Part shown: positions 9,557-19,108 of the stretch, piece by piece | Numbering within the stretch: the first letter of the stretch is position 1 | Layout: each line of letters begins with the position of its first letter | IMG/VR virus record: IMGVR_UViG_3300030202_002298 | Coordinates: 1-64,000 of that record | Source of the DNA: an uncultured virus (IMG/VR IMGVR_UViG_3300030202_002298) | Taxonomy: Duplodnaviria; Heunggongvirae; Uroviricota; Caudoviricetes | Length of the DNA stretch: 64,000 nucleotides | Direction: 5' to 3' (one strand) | Program-made: the position numbers and the translations under genes | The notes under the pieces: model-generated | Told to the model about the DNA's origin: nothing | The model's input: the letters and a program-made list of their open reading frames with translations, nothing else | The model's database searches: none

Positions 9557-11481
9557 TAGCTTAAACTTGGTTGTCTTGTTTCACTTGTGCTTTTGACCAT
9601 GCTAACATCGAAAGTCCGAGCAGCTAGTCTTGCATTTTTATATTCTGTTGCTGTCACCTCATCTTGAAACAAGTGGCTTCTAAAGAAACAAGGTACTAAA
9701 TTTCGTGTCGATGGAGTTGTTATCTGAAACCCATTAACTAATGTAGTCGGAGTGCTGTAAGGGTTTGCATATCCATAGATCTTAATTGTTATTATAGCGT
9801 TCTCTTCTTGTTGGCTGGCTAATTGAAGTAAGTAACCTCTGAAATCTTTTTCATTATAAGCATCACCAAAGTTAGCAAGACCACCTTTGATTGTACTTGG
9901 GTAAGCAACTTGTGTAGTGGAATAAGAATTAGTTCTTCTGTAATAGATAGCTTTCTTATTGCTCCATTCAGAAACAGTTTCGTTTGCCAACCCGTATCTA
10001 AATAAAGTTCCTCCTGCTGTTCCCATTACAAACCAATCTTCATTAGTTAATGGTGGCTTCTTAATACTTGCTGCTGCTGTGAATGCCCCTGATGTAGTGG
10101 ATGCTGTTCCGTTTCTGTAATCATAACATATAGCTGAGTCATCTGTTAGTGATGTGAAACAAAACCAAACCTCATTAGTAAGAACATTGTCAGCGGCAAA
10201 TACAGAGTTAGTTGCTGCAATCTCATTCTGTTTATAGAAAATATCCTTAACACTAGCTAAAGCACTTATCTCTTTTGGCCCTCTGCTTGTCAGATCGAAC
10301 GAATAAAAACTGTCACGACCTGCGTAGATATGAGTGTTCTTTACAGAGATTAAAGTGTGCTTGTAATACAAGGCTTGGGTACTAGGTATTGTTATTACCC
10401 TAAACTTAAACGGAATATTAGTGTTACCTGTGTATTGACCAATGAAAATTGATGTGTCCTTGTAGACTACTAAATTATTCTGAAGCGAAGCCATGTGAAC
10501 AATCCCAGATCCATCTCCCATTAAATCTTCAAATCCTATAATACTACCGATCTCACTTGTCTGAACTACAGAGCCATCGCTTACTGTTGTTGAGGCTTCT
10601 GCATCTAGGAATATTGTTTGATTGTTTGTTATCCCTGCAATGTTAGCTGTGAAGTTACCTCCATCAGTTCCAGCACCAACTATAGTAATCTGATCTCCTA
10701 CTTGATACGACTTTGCTGGGTAGCTTAGTGTTAACGTCTGCTCTCCGCTTGAAATACTTCCTGTTGTAGTAGCTGCAAATTTTAAAGGCTCCCTAATCTG
10801 CGACCAAATAAGTCTATTATTAAACTTGGTTGTGTTTGCAGTAACCACTCCGTAAGCAGATCCACCTGACATCCATGTTTTTAAATCATCAATTTGATCT
10901 ATGTCGGCAAGCATTAGGATACCATTATAAGCTGTGATTGATCCTACACTAGCGACACCGTTCTCTCTAAGTTCGTACAAAGGAGTAACCTCCAGGTGTT
11001 CAACTCGATATGAAACAGGCAAGTCAACGCCATTATTTAAAATAGTGTACCCATTTAAATTAACTGCTTGCCACCTGTTACCACTTGAACTGAATCCGCT
11101 TCCTATAGTTATCCAGTTATCAGGTGTATTATCAAAGTAATCTGTAACATAATCACCTGACACATAGGTTACATCATCGCTCTTTTGGTATCTGTAAAGG
11201 TGAGTCTTGGTTCCAACAATGATTGCCACCTCTCCATTAGGGCGGCGTACCATGTGTACTAAATTAATTTCACTGCTAGTAGGAACAGCGTTACCAGTTA
11301 CGTCACTTGATCCTGATGGACTAAAGTAATCGTACCCTTCACGCCTTACCTCTTGATCCAAGTCTCTACGCCAATCGAGCTTCTGAACATAGTTAGCAGG
11401 GCCAGCAAATTCATGGGACAATGCACTAAATAATTGCCCTCCATCAGTTGGCTTTGCCGTTATGTGTTTGTATCTTGCCAC
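9556..11481 (-). CDS. Putative tail nozzle / DNA-stabilisation protein (P22 gp10-like position)
   Basis: 641 aa with a beta-propeller-like pattern (NEVWFCF...AICYDY); follows the adaptor and fibre genes. Confidence 0.55.
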   Translation of the reverse strand: MARYKHITAKPTDGGQLFSALSHEFAGPANYVQKLDWRRDLDQEVRREGYDYFSPSGSSDVTGNAVPTSSEINLVHMVRRPNGEVAIIVGTKTHLYRYQKSDDVTYVSGDYVTDYFDNTPDNWITIGSGFSSSGNRWQAVNLNGYTILNNGVDLPVSYRVEHLEVTPLYELRENGVASVGSITAYNGILMLADIDQIDDLKTWMSGGSAYGVVTANTTKFNNRLIWSQIREPLKFAATTTGSISSGEQTLTLSYPAKSYQVGDQITIVGAGTDGGNFTANIAGITNNQTIFLDAEASTTVSDGSVVQTSEIGSIIGFEDLMGDGSGIVHMASLQNNLVVYKDTSIFIGQYTGNTNIPFKFRVITIPSTQALYYKHTLISVKNTHIYAGRDSFYSFDLTSRGPKEISALASVKDIFYKQNEIAATNSVFAADNVLTNEVWFCFTSLTDDSAICYDYRNGTASTTSGAFTAAASIKKPPLTNEDWFVMGTAGGTLFRYGLANETVSEWSNKKAIYYRRTNSYSTTQVAYPSTIKGGLANFGDAYNEKDFRGYLLQLASQQEENAIITIKIYGYANPYSTPTTLVNGFQITTPSTRNLVPCFFRSHLFQDEVTATEYKNARLAARTFDVSMVKSTSETRQPSLS

Positions 11482-13124
11482 TAGCTAATGTCGTAGATTG
11501 CACCCCATCCATCATTACCAGATATAGGGCCATCATCATCAGATTTGTTTCTTTTACCAGCTCCACCAGAGCCGTACCCTTTAGCTGATGTTTGAGTGTT
11601 GGAAGACCCAATAGAACCTAACGCTCCTGCCCCCTTGAATGACGAGCCACCATACCCTCCTAAACTGTTACTCGCCTGTGCGGATTCTCCGTAAAAGGCT
11701 TTTCCTCTGTCGCCACCATTCTGCCCATTAACACTCTTTGTATAAACGCCTCCTGTACCAGCAACTCCTCCAGCCCCCCCTGTTTCTCTTGCACTTCCAG
11801 TTGGTATGGCCCCGCCTAATGCTTCGGCAAGTTTGGTCGTGTTAAGTGATGATCCAGTTGTCCCTGTTAAAGATCTAAATTCAGTATTACCCCCAACGAC
11901 TCCTGCTGTCCAAACAGAACCGCCGTTAGCTACATATCCTCCGTCACCAACAGTAATTTGATAAACTTGATTTGCTGTTACCGTGTGTTCGGACTCTGTG
12001 TAAGCACCAGCCCCACCACCTGCTCCTGCTTGGGTTGAACTGTCCGTAGCTCCACTTGCCCCGCCACCTTGCAAGCATACTTTAATTTTTGTTACCCCAC
12101 TAGGGACAACCCAATGACTTCCAGTATTACCAGACGAAGTTATTTCCAGCATCGGAACCATTGATGTCTCACTCTCGAATGTAGGGGCAGCGTTGTTTCC
12201 ATTAGACTTGAGAACTTTTCCTGCTGAATTAGAGTCTGCTGTAATAGCTGCGGCTGTACCACTAGACCCATACCCTAGTACTCCTGCTGATGAATGCCCT
12301 TTAATGTGAGAAACTTCTACGCCAGCAGATTTAATTGAAAGTGTGCTACTCGATAACTCTAAGGAAGTGGTATCAGCTACGTTAGCGTTAAGCATCGAGC
12401 CTTCAACCGCACTAGCAGCAATTGTAACAGCACCAGTGTTTGCCATGGTGACATCACCAGATAGAGAGGCCGCAGTAAATCCTGTGCCATCCCCAATTAA
12501 TAACTGTGTGTTACCTACAACCTTGTCACTAGCTGAACCAGTGGAGTTTGCATCACGAACTTTAACGGTGTTAGCTGGCATATCTGCCATATTACCGTTG
12601 GAAATGTTTGCACTATTTATCTTAGCAAATGGAATATCACCATCAGCTATAGACAACTTACTGTAAGGTATGCTCCCTGCTAATTTAGCTGCGGTAATAC
12701 TCCCTGCCAGATCAGCGTTAAGAATTGCTCCTGTAAGATTAAGTTTACTGTAAGCAATAGCAGCAGAAGTATTAACCATAGCATTAGTAATAGCATTATT
12801 CGCTACACTTCCTACGGTAACAACACCTGCATTAGTTATGGTAGCATTGCCACTCATTGCGACAGCCGCACCTTTATTACTGGCATTACCTACAACAATC
12901 TTGGAACTGTCTATTGCTATATCATCTAAAGCTACATCACTTTTCTCCTGCCATTTAAGATATGTCCCATCACTTGAAGCGTCTTCGTTCCAGATATAAA
13001 ACTTAGCTTCACCAGAAGTACCCAACCTTCTTATCCAAATATAATCTTTCCATGCCACTGTCTTTGCAGCATCAGGCACGTTTGGACTTCCACTATCCGT
13101 ATCTGTGGTATTAATTAAACTCAT
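11481..13124 (-). CDS. Tail fibre protein with glycine-rich C-terminal domain
   Basis: Repeated SGDVT/AIAYSKL fibre motifs and a WVVPSGVTKIKVCLQGGGASG Gly-rich domain. Confidence 0.75.
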   Translation of the reverse strand: MSLINTTDTDSGSPNVPDAAKTVAWKDYIWIRRLGTSGEAKFYIWNEDASSDGTYLKWQEKSDVALDDIAIDSSKIVVGNASNKGAAVAMSGNATITNAGVVTVGSVANNAITNAMVNTSAAIAYSKLNLTGAILNADLAGSITAAKLAGSIPYSKLSIADGDIPFAKINSANISNGNMADMPANTVKVRDANSTGSASDKVVGNTQLLIGDGTGFTAASLSGDVTMANTGAVTIAASAVEGSMLNANVADTTSLELSSSTLSIKSAGVEVSHIKGHSSAGVLGYGSSGTAAAITADSNSAGKVLKSNGNNAAPTFESETSMVPMLEITSSGNTGSHWVVPSGVTKIKVCLQGGGASGATDSSTQAGAGGGAGAYTESEHTVTANQVYQITVGDGGYVANGGSVWTAGVVGGNTEFRSLTGTTGSSLNTTKLAEALGGAIPTGSARETGGAGGVAGTGGVYTKSVNGQNGGDRGKAFYGESAQASNSLGGYGGSSFKGAGALGSIGSSNTQTSAKGYGSGGAGKRNKSDDDGPISGNDGWGAIYDIS

Positions 13125-13130
13125 TGTAAT

Positions 13131-13856
13131 TTACGAGGTAGCACAGGCTAAACTTGTAGACCCCGCTGGAGGGTTGGTTCTTATTGCCTGTCTCCCAAAG
13201 CTATTGATGTAAAGTTCCTGCCTCTTCTTTTGAAATGTTCCATAGTAAGACTGAAACAATTTTAAATCCTTATCCACTTCTCTAGTTACCTTAGCTTTCA
13301 CATATTCCCCCACACATTCAGCCATTGGATCATCGTAAGGAACCGTATCTGAGTCAGCGTGATCTGCTGTGAATCCATCCCAGTGAATCTGAAGTACTTC
13401 GTTCCTATCTAGCTGTGGGTATATGTAGAAATCTCCTGACTTACCTATGGCTATAACAGATGCCCCGTTGCTTATTAAAGGGTGGGCACATATTAAATCA
13501 TTTCTGTTTGAGTAAGGATAATTAACAACAGGTGTACGATTGCACCCTTCATTATCAGTGGAAGGAGTGGCGGCTACCTCTGCTGTTGTATAAAAAATTC
13601 TGTACGCTTCTTGTGGCCTAGCCTCTGATGGTAATTGTCCCAGACTTGAGTTTCCCTCTGTAGTTAAAGGCTGAAATCCATCGGGGCCAGCTAGGTTATA
13701 CTTGGTGATGTTACCTTTAGTGTAATGCTCTACATGAGATAGCACCTCGATAACACCTAGCTTAATCATCCGATCTACATACGAAGTGATACCCTGCCTA
13801 GTACCATCAACGGTAATAAGTTCTTTAACTGCTGTTTTAAATTGTAACCAAGTCAT
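13131..13856 (-). CDS. Putative head-tail adaptor
   Basis: 241 aa, MTWLQFKTAVKELI start, located after the capsid genes. Confidence 0.5.
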   Translation of the reverse strand: MTWLQFKTAVKELITVDGTRQGITSYVDRMIKLGVIEVLSHVEHYTKGNITKYNLAGPDGFQPLTTEGNSSLGQLPSEARPQEAYRIFYTTAEVAATPSTDNEGCNRTPVVNYPYSNRNDLICAHPLISNGASVIAIGKSGDFYIYPQLDRNEVLQIHWDGFTADHADSDTVPYDDPMAECVGEYVKAKVTREVDKDLKLFQSYYGTFQKKRQELYINSFGRQAIRTNPPAGSTSLACATS

Positions 13857-14209
13857 CTTAATCTTAAAGCTGCGTTCTTCGCTTGTTGTCTACGCCTCCT
13901 CATTGCTGCTTGCCTTTGCTTTATTAAACTAGAATTCATATTAACCTTCCTTCTCTTACCGAAAGGCATTGGCTTCCGTGGTTTTCTAGGTCTGCTCTTT
14001 GGCCCGAATGCTTTATTAACCAAACCAACTAAAGGCTTTGATATTAATTCTTCCGTAACTTTTCCCGGCACTTTAGATACTGGGCCAACGACAGGAAGAT
14101 CTCCTAGTTGTGGTAACTTTGTGCGATCTGCAACTTTACCATAAGCCCAACCCCAAGGGTTAGTAGTAGCTCCGTAAATTTCTGACGCTGCTTTTAATAA
14201 GTTAGCCAT
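13853..14209 (-). CDS. Basic hypothetical protein
   Basis: 118 aa with K/R-rich C-terminus; overlaps its neighbours. Confidence 0.55.
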   Translation of the reverse strand: MANLLKAASEIYGATTNPWGWAYGKVADRTKLPQLGDLPVVGPVSKVPGKVTEELISKPLVGLVNKAFGPKSRPRKPRKPMPFGKRRKVNMNSSLIKQRQAAMRRRRQQAKNAALRLR

Positions 14210-14430
14210 TATGTTTTAGATTTCTTCCACTTTCTTGCCTTTACCATTAAATCCTCTGCTAACTCTGGGTAATTACGTTGATTGCCAATGGCTGCTGCCT
14301 TGCATTCACTATAAGTTGGGTTGTTTCTTTGTAGAATATCTAACCCATGCTCTCTCCAGAACTTACTTTTAGCTTCTCTCTCTGCATGAGATTCACTTCT
14401 TCTTTGATTTTCTAGATTTAGGTTTAGCAA
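14209..14430 (-). CDS. Hypothetical protein
   Basis: 73 aa, fills the operon. Confidence 0.5.
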   Translation of the reverse strand: MLNLNLENQRRSESHAEREAKSKFWREHGLDILQRNNPTYSECKAAAIGNQRNYPELAEDLMVKARKWKKSKT

Positions 14431-14773
14431 CTTGTTTTACCTCAAGTACATCATCTTCATCTTCGATTGACTGCTTGGGAGTTTGACCCTCCACACGATC
14501 CGCAACCTGTTGGTCTGACACGCCTTTCAATTGAGGAGATAAGTTCTGCCTCTCTAATTTTTTTTTTGTGCAATCGTCATACTGCTGCTTAGTAAGAGAA
14601 CTTACCTGACCTTTACTTACTAGCTTATCAAGTGCGGTTTGTTCTGATGGATCGTCTGTTGAGTAAACGCCGTACCAATTTCCAGCGGTTATATCTACTG
14701 CTTCAAAGGTAAAAACATAACCGTCCATAACTTTTCCGCTCGTAGCATTTCCGCTATAGAATTTCGTAGCCAT
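14393..14773 (-). CDS. Hypothetical protein (likely start MATK at 14773)
   Basis: ORF track gives 14393..14800; ATG 14773 lies just after the promoter/motif at 14791. Confidence 0.6.
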   Translation of the reverse strand: MATKFYSGNATSGKVMDGYVFTFEAVDITAGNWYGVYSTDDPSEQTALDKLVSKGQVSSLTKQQYDDCTKKKLERQNLSPQLKGVSDQQVADRVEGQTPKQSIEDEDDVLEVKQVAKPKSRKSKKK

Positions 14774-14781
14774 TAATAGAA

Positions 14782-14810
14782 AAACTAAATTTAGTGTCAC
14801 ACAAAGTCAA
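14782..14810 (-). promoter_or_regulatory. Sigma70-like promoter with motif copy 2 in the spacer
   Basis: Minus strand TTGACT-17 nt-TAGTTT; TTAGTGTCAC at 14791-14800. Confidence 0.55.
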
Positions 14811-14844
14811 AGAAAAAGGGGCCAGGGCATGACACCCCGACCCC
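14811..14844 (-). terminator. Rho-independent terminator after the capsid operon
   Basis: Minus strand GGGGTCGGGG-TGTCATG-CCCTGGCCCC hairpin followed by TTTTTCTTT. Confidence 0.8.
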
Positions 14845-14880
14845 AGTAGCAGAGACAGAACAGGTATGGAGCAAAATTAA

Positions 14881-15432
14881 TTACAAAGTAACTGTAGCCC
14901 AAGCCCCTTCTTTAAGAAGTTCGTTCATGTCTACGATTTCCATATAAACTTCTATCTCTCCTGCTGTTAGTTTATCTAGCTTTTCAGCACCAGAACTAAC
15001 AGTTGCGGTGAGTGTTCCGCTCAATATGACATCGGTTGTTGCAATAAAGCCATAACCATCACCGTCACCTTGAGGAGTGTACGCATCCCAAGCACCAGCA
15101 GTTGCTACAGATTGAGAGTCAATGAACTTATCAGTATCACCTGTGATCCCTAAATCAAATACAGCACTAGCCTGATTAGCAATACCAGTAAAAGCTGTCT
15201 TTGTGTAAGCAACTACATCTCTAACAACATATCCTTTTAATAAGCCCTTAGCCTGATCAGAAGCATTCTTAGCTAAAGAAGCATTGACCGCCGCTGTTAA
15301 AGCATCATCAGTTGGAGTGTAATCAGTATGTGACCAAGTGATTTTATGAGTAAAGTTGTGATTCCTTACGCTATTTTTCAGGTCAGAAAATGTAGCACTT
15401 AGTTGTGTTCCAATTAATTTTTCTACTTTCAT
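14881..15432 (-). CDS. Putative capsid decoration/cement protein
   Basis: 183 aa, beta-rich, directly after the major capsid gene. Confidence 0.55.
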   Translation of the reverse strand: MKVEKLIGTQLSATFSDLKNSVRNHNFTHKITWSHTDYTPTDDALTAAVNASLAKNASDQAKGLLKGYVVRDVVAYTKTAFTGIANQASAVFDLGITGDTDKFIDSQSVATAGAWDAYTPQGDGDGYGFIATTDVILSGTLTATVSSGAEKLDKLTAGEIEVYMEIVDMNELLKEGAWATVTL

Positions 15433-15439
15433 TGTGATA

Positions 15440-15475
15440 TAAATTAAAGGCAGGGGCCATTCAGACCCCCACCCT
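15440..15475 (-). terminator. Hairpin/leaky terminator after the major capsid gene
   Basis: Minus strand GGGTGGGGGTC-TGAAT-GGCCCCTGCCT then TTAATTT. Confidence 0.5.
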
Positions 15476-15487
15476 AAGTGTTAACAA

Positions 15488-17377
15488 TTAAGATACAGTC
15501 ACATCAGCTCCAGAGACAGTCACACTAGGTGATGCATCACTGAAGTTTTCGACCATTGCGTGGCGGTTGGTATTACCTACACGAACCTCGAATGTCTTAC
15601 TATTCAACTGATAGTGGGAGACATTTGGCTGGATGACACAGTTATATATATCATCAGCGGTGTTAGTCTGACGCTTAACGCTCGCAGTCTTAAGGACGTT
15701 GATCGCAATATCAGACCAATCAATTAACCAGAGTTGACGGGCTTGATTCTTATTAGTAGTAGAACCATCATTAATACTCATTGAAGCACCGATCTTATCA
15801 TCGAAGAATGTATCAGTGAACACAGCCAAGCTGACACCTTGATCAGGTAAGTCATACTTATTGTACTCAAATACAACTTGTCCATTAAACGAGATCTGTT
15901 GCTTAGGCTGCATGAACAGTGTTAAGTCAGCAGAATATTTGGACTTATAGTACTTGGTCATTAAGTCGCGGATCTTAGCAGCGGTAAAGCGGTCAGTCAT
16001 CGCGTCGATTGTATCAACAGTACCACCTGAATTTTCACGTTCCCGTTTAATCATGTAGCAAGATTCAAACAAGACATCTAGATTCAGGGCATTTCCTTGG
16101 TTATCCCAAGTGCGTGAACACTCAGCTAACTGTGTACGAATACCAAGAGTGTTGGCTTTGTACTCAATTGTTGGAGCAGTAGAACAACCAGCATCATTAT
16201 TAGGATCAAGAACAGTTGGTAGACTTGTGTAAGTTTCAACCTTTTGATTGTCATTGATTCTATCGCCGTAGAACACTGTGTTCATAAAGGCATTCTGGTG
16301 ATATTGCTCTTGTTGCTTGCGTTGTTGAGCGAGTGGCAACTGACGGAACTTCTTAAAGTACTCAGATGTAAGCGGTGCTTGCAAAGCCTTTAAGTATTCT
16401 TCGTTGTACTGGTGAGTCCAGCGTTGGGTTTGCTGCCAGTATTCGATCAAGGTTAGATCGTTGACTGCTGGCCCTTGGTGACACCACTTCTCGTAATCAG
16501 AAACAGAGTTCCCCATTATCATTCCAGAACCTAGAACTAGATTATATCCAGCGTCAGCTTTTTGAGTTGCAGTTGCAGAACCCCATGCTGTTTCAATCGA
16601 GTCACTTGCTGCACTAGAAGCATACTTGGAAGGTGCTACTACGATGCGAGCTTTTTCAACTCCACCAGCGTTAGCATTCTCAGCTGCAAAAACTTTATAC
16701 TGAACATAAGCTATATCAGCACCCGCAGCAGTAGTATTTGTATCATTGCCACCACCTAGTTGCCGTCCATTAGTCATAACAGTTATGTATGAACCAGGAT
16801 GGAAGTATTTCTCAATGTTTTGTACCTGACTTTTATTGAAGTTAGTCTTAGACAAGTTGTTTGCAGCAACAGTAGCGTCACTAGATTGTGAGCCATCTGT
16901 ACCAGCATTCACTGTAAGAATAAGAGCAGAGCTAGGTATGTAACCGTAAGTACCATCAGTTGCATTAAAGCCGCTTATAGCACTTGTAAAATGTGCAGGT
17001 GTAACTGAGCGAGCTTCAACTTGAAAGTAGTTAAAGTTCAAAGTGTTGCGGCGTGGAACCAAAGTAAATGGTGCAATCACAGACTGCGAACCACCACCAG
17101 ATTTCTCACCTAGGGCAACGTGCTTTGAAAGTAACAAGTCATACAGAGATTTTTCGTGCATACCAGCAAGGCGAGCCTCAGCGGTCTGTGCTATTATTCT
17201 GTCCATTCCGACTTCCTTAGCTGCTTGAGCTTCAAAGTCGCTGCGTTTAAAGGCAGTTATATTTGCCCTTGTTAACGTACATCCTTTACTCTCATCAACG
17301 AGGATGTGTCGAGGGGCACAATTGTATACGCGATTATCTGTGCCGTCGCTATCATGTAGTGTAGTATTAGTAGCCAT
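15488..17377 (-). CDS. Major capsid protein (putative)
   Basis: 629 aa, after portal and scaffold, strong SD (AGGAG), followed by hairpins. Confidence 0.7.
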   Translation of the reverse strand: MATNTTLHDSDGTDNRVYNCAPRHILVDESKGCTLTRANITAFKRSDFEAQAAKEVGMDRIIAQTAEARLAGMHEKSLYDLLLSKHVALGEKSGGGSQSVIAPFTLVPRRNTLNFNYFQVEARSVTPAHFTSAISGFNATDGTYGYIPSSALILTVNAGTDGSQSSDATVAANNLSKTNFNKSQVQNIEKYFHPGSYITVMTNGRQLGGGNDTNTTAAGADIAYVQYKVFAAENANAGGVEKARIVVAPSKYASSAASDSIETAWGSATATQKADAGYNLVLGSGMIMGNSVSDYEKWCHQGPAVNDLTLIEYWQQTQRWTHQYNEEYLKALQAPLTSEYFKKFRQLPLAQQRKQQEQYHQNAFMNTVFYGDRINDNQKVETYTSLPTVLDPNNDAGCSTAPTIEYKANTLGIRTQLAECSRTWDNQGNALNLDVLFESCYMIKRERENSGGTVDTIDAMTDRFTAAKIRDLMTKYYKSKYSADLTLFMQPKQQISFNGQVVFEYNKYDLPDQGVSLAVFTDTFFDDKIGASMSINDGSTTNKNQARQLWLIDWSDIAINVLKTASVKRQTNTADDIYNCVIQPNVSHYQLNSKTFEVRVGNTNRHAMVENFSDASPSVTVSGADVTVS

Positions 17378-17497
17378 ATCAGTACTCCTAAAAGAACAAA
17401 GATATAACTAATTTTAAAATCTCAAAGGAATACAGTGAAATACACTAAAATAAATTAGTTTTAGAGGTGAAGAATTTAATCGTCCAGGTTGACGAAT

Positions 17498-18841
17498 TTA
17501 GAAATCTATACCAAGTCTGTTTAATATATCTTGTCCCGGCGTGTCTACTTCCTCAACACCATCTGAATTGGGAGCAGCTCCGGGGCTTGGACTATTAGTA
17601 GCTTTAGGAGTTCGAGTCGGCTTAACCTCTTCCTTTTTCGCTTTGGTCTGCGATTTATTTTTAGTTTGCCGTGTGAACCCTAGTTTATTAAGGCGTTCTT
17701 CCTCTATTTTTACACTGTCTTTAGCTCTGGTAGAGAAGTAGTTACCCATAATTTCCATTACGTCTTTACTTGTGAATGTCCAGTGCTTGCTAGGATCTGC
17801 ATGGGCGTACTCGGATGGAGGGACAAACGCTTTATTATCTCTTGTTAAATGTTCGCCTCCATGTTTCTGGAAAGCATCTGATTGCTGAGTAACGAAATCA
17901 ATTATCCAAGAATGAAGTGGATCTTCCTGTTCAAAAGTTTTTAATCCATAGAATAAATCTAGATATTCTTTTCCTACCTTCTTGGCAGTGTCCATCTCTT
18001 GACTGTAGATAGATTCAGCTAGTCCGTCCTCTTCTGGTTTTTCTTCTTCTAATAAAGATTCGTACTTTGTGTATTCCTTCTCAGCCTTGGGCCTGTCCTC
18101 AACCTTTCTAATCTTATCCTCAAGTTCATTTTGTTTCTTTTCAAATTCAGACTTAGCCTCACTAATAGCTTGGTCTTTAATCATCTGACGTTCGAGCTTT
18201 CGTTGCTCCGTATTACTCAGTGATGGCTTGTTCCTTTGTATCCACTTAATAAACTCCTCATCGTTCTCGTCGAAAGTTCTATCTGGGTCATCGTTGTTAT
18301 CTACATATTCATCAAGGTCTGTGTAGAATTTTTGAAGATTATTAGCCATCCCTTTGTATTTCTTAGGATCGACTTGCTCTGCGTATCTAGCTAATTCAAT
18401 CTCATCCCGTTGTTCTGGTAAGTAATCATCGAGGTCATCTATTTCCTCTGGTTCTTGAGTAGGTTTTTGAACAGGTTGCTCTGGTAAGGATGGCTTATGT
18501 CTTGCTATCTCATCCTTGATTGTTTGCCTTATATCATCCTTAGATAACTCAGGTTGCTTAACCGAAAACTTCTTCTTAGGTTTAGCTGGTTCTGGTTCTG
18601 GTTCAGGTTCAGTTGAATCCTCTGTAGTTTCTACCTCTGCTTTCGCCTCTGGTTCAGGCTCAGGTTCGGGTTCGGGTTCAGGTTCTTCTTCCTCAACAGG
18701 TGGCGGCTCGATGTCTACACCTAGATCAGTATAAAGAACGTCTAGGAAACCTTCATTGTTCCCTTCTTGTTCTTCTACTTGATGTGTTTCTTCTGCCTGT
18801 GTTTCTACCTGTTCCTGCTCTAGTGTTTCTGTCTCTGCCAT
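17498..18841 (-). CDS. Capsid scaffolding protein (putative)
   Basis: 447 aa, very acidic, PE repeats and coiled coils; between portal and capsid. Confidence 0.65.
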   Translation of the reverse strand: MAETETLEQEQVETQAEETHQVEEQEGNNEGFLDVLYTDLGVDIEPPPVEEEEPEPEPEPEPEPEAKAEVETTEDSTEPEPEPEPAKPKKKFSVKQPELSKDDIRQTIKDEIARHKPSLPEQPVQKPTQEPEEIDDLDDYLPEQRDEIELARYAEQVDPKKYKGMANNLQKFYTDLDEYVDNNDDPDRTFDENDEEFIKWIQRNKPSLSNTEQRKLERQMIKDQAISEAKSEFEKKQNELEDKIRKVEDRPKAEKEYTKYESLLEEEKPEEDGLAESIYSQEMDTAKKVGKEYLDLFYGLKTFEQEDPLHSWIIDFVTQQSDAFQKHGGEHLTRDNKAFVPPSEYAHADPSKHWTFTSKDVMEIMGNYFSTRAKDSVKIEEERLNKLGFTRQTKNKSQTKAKKEEVKPTRTPKATNSPSPGAAPNSDGVEEVDTPGQDILNRLGIDF

Positions 18842-18844
18842 AAA

Positions 18845-19108
18845 TTACCAATTATAGTTACACGCCCAGTATCGAGGTGTAGTACGATCTTTAGCCGTTG
18901 AGCAGTTATGTCTGGCCTTGAAGTTAGCTCTGCGTTTCTTGTTCTTATGCTTCAAGAAATCTGAATAACCAACTGCTCCAAAGTGTACGATCCTAACCTT
19001 GCCTGACTTGTCCTTAACATAGACGGTGTACTTCTTACCCTTTGGTGTGACACCTGGAATCTTGCGAGGCTTACCTAGCTTTACATTTTTACCTCTATAC
19101 TCAGCCAT
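18845..19108 (-). CDS. Small basic phage protein (DUF5754-like)
   Basis: KKYTVYV...VHFGAVGYSDF..HK...RRANFKARH..W pattern. Confidence 0.6.
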   Translation of the reverse strand: MAEYRGKNVKLGKPRKIPGVTPKGKKYTVYVKDKSGKVRIVHFGAVGYSDFLKHKNKKRRANFKARHNCSTAKDRTTPRYWACNYNW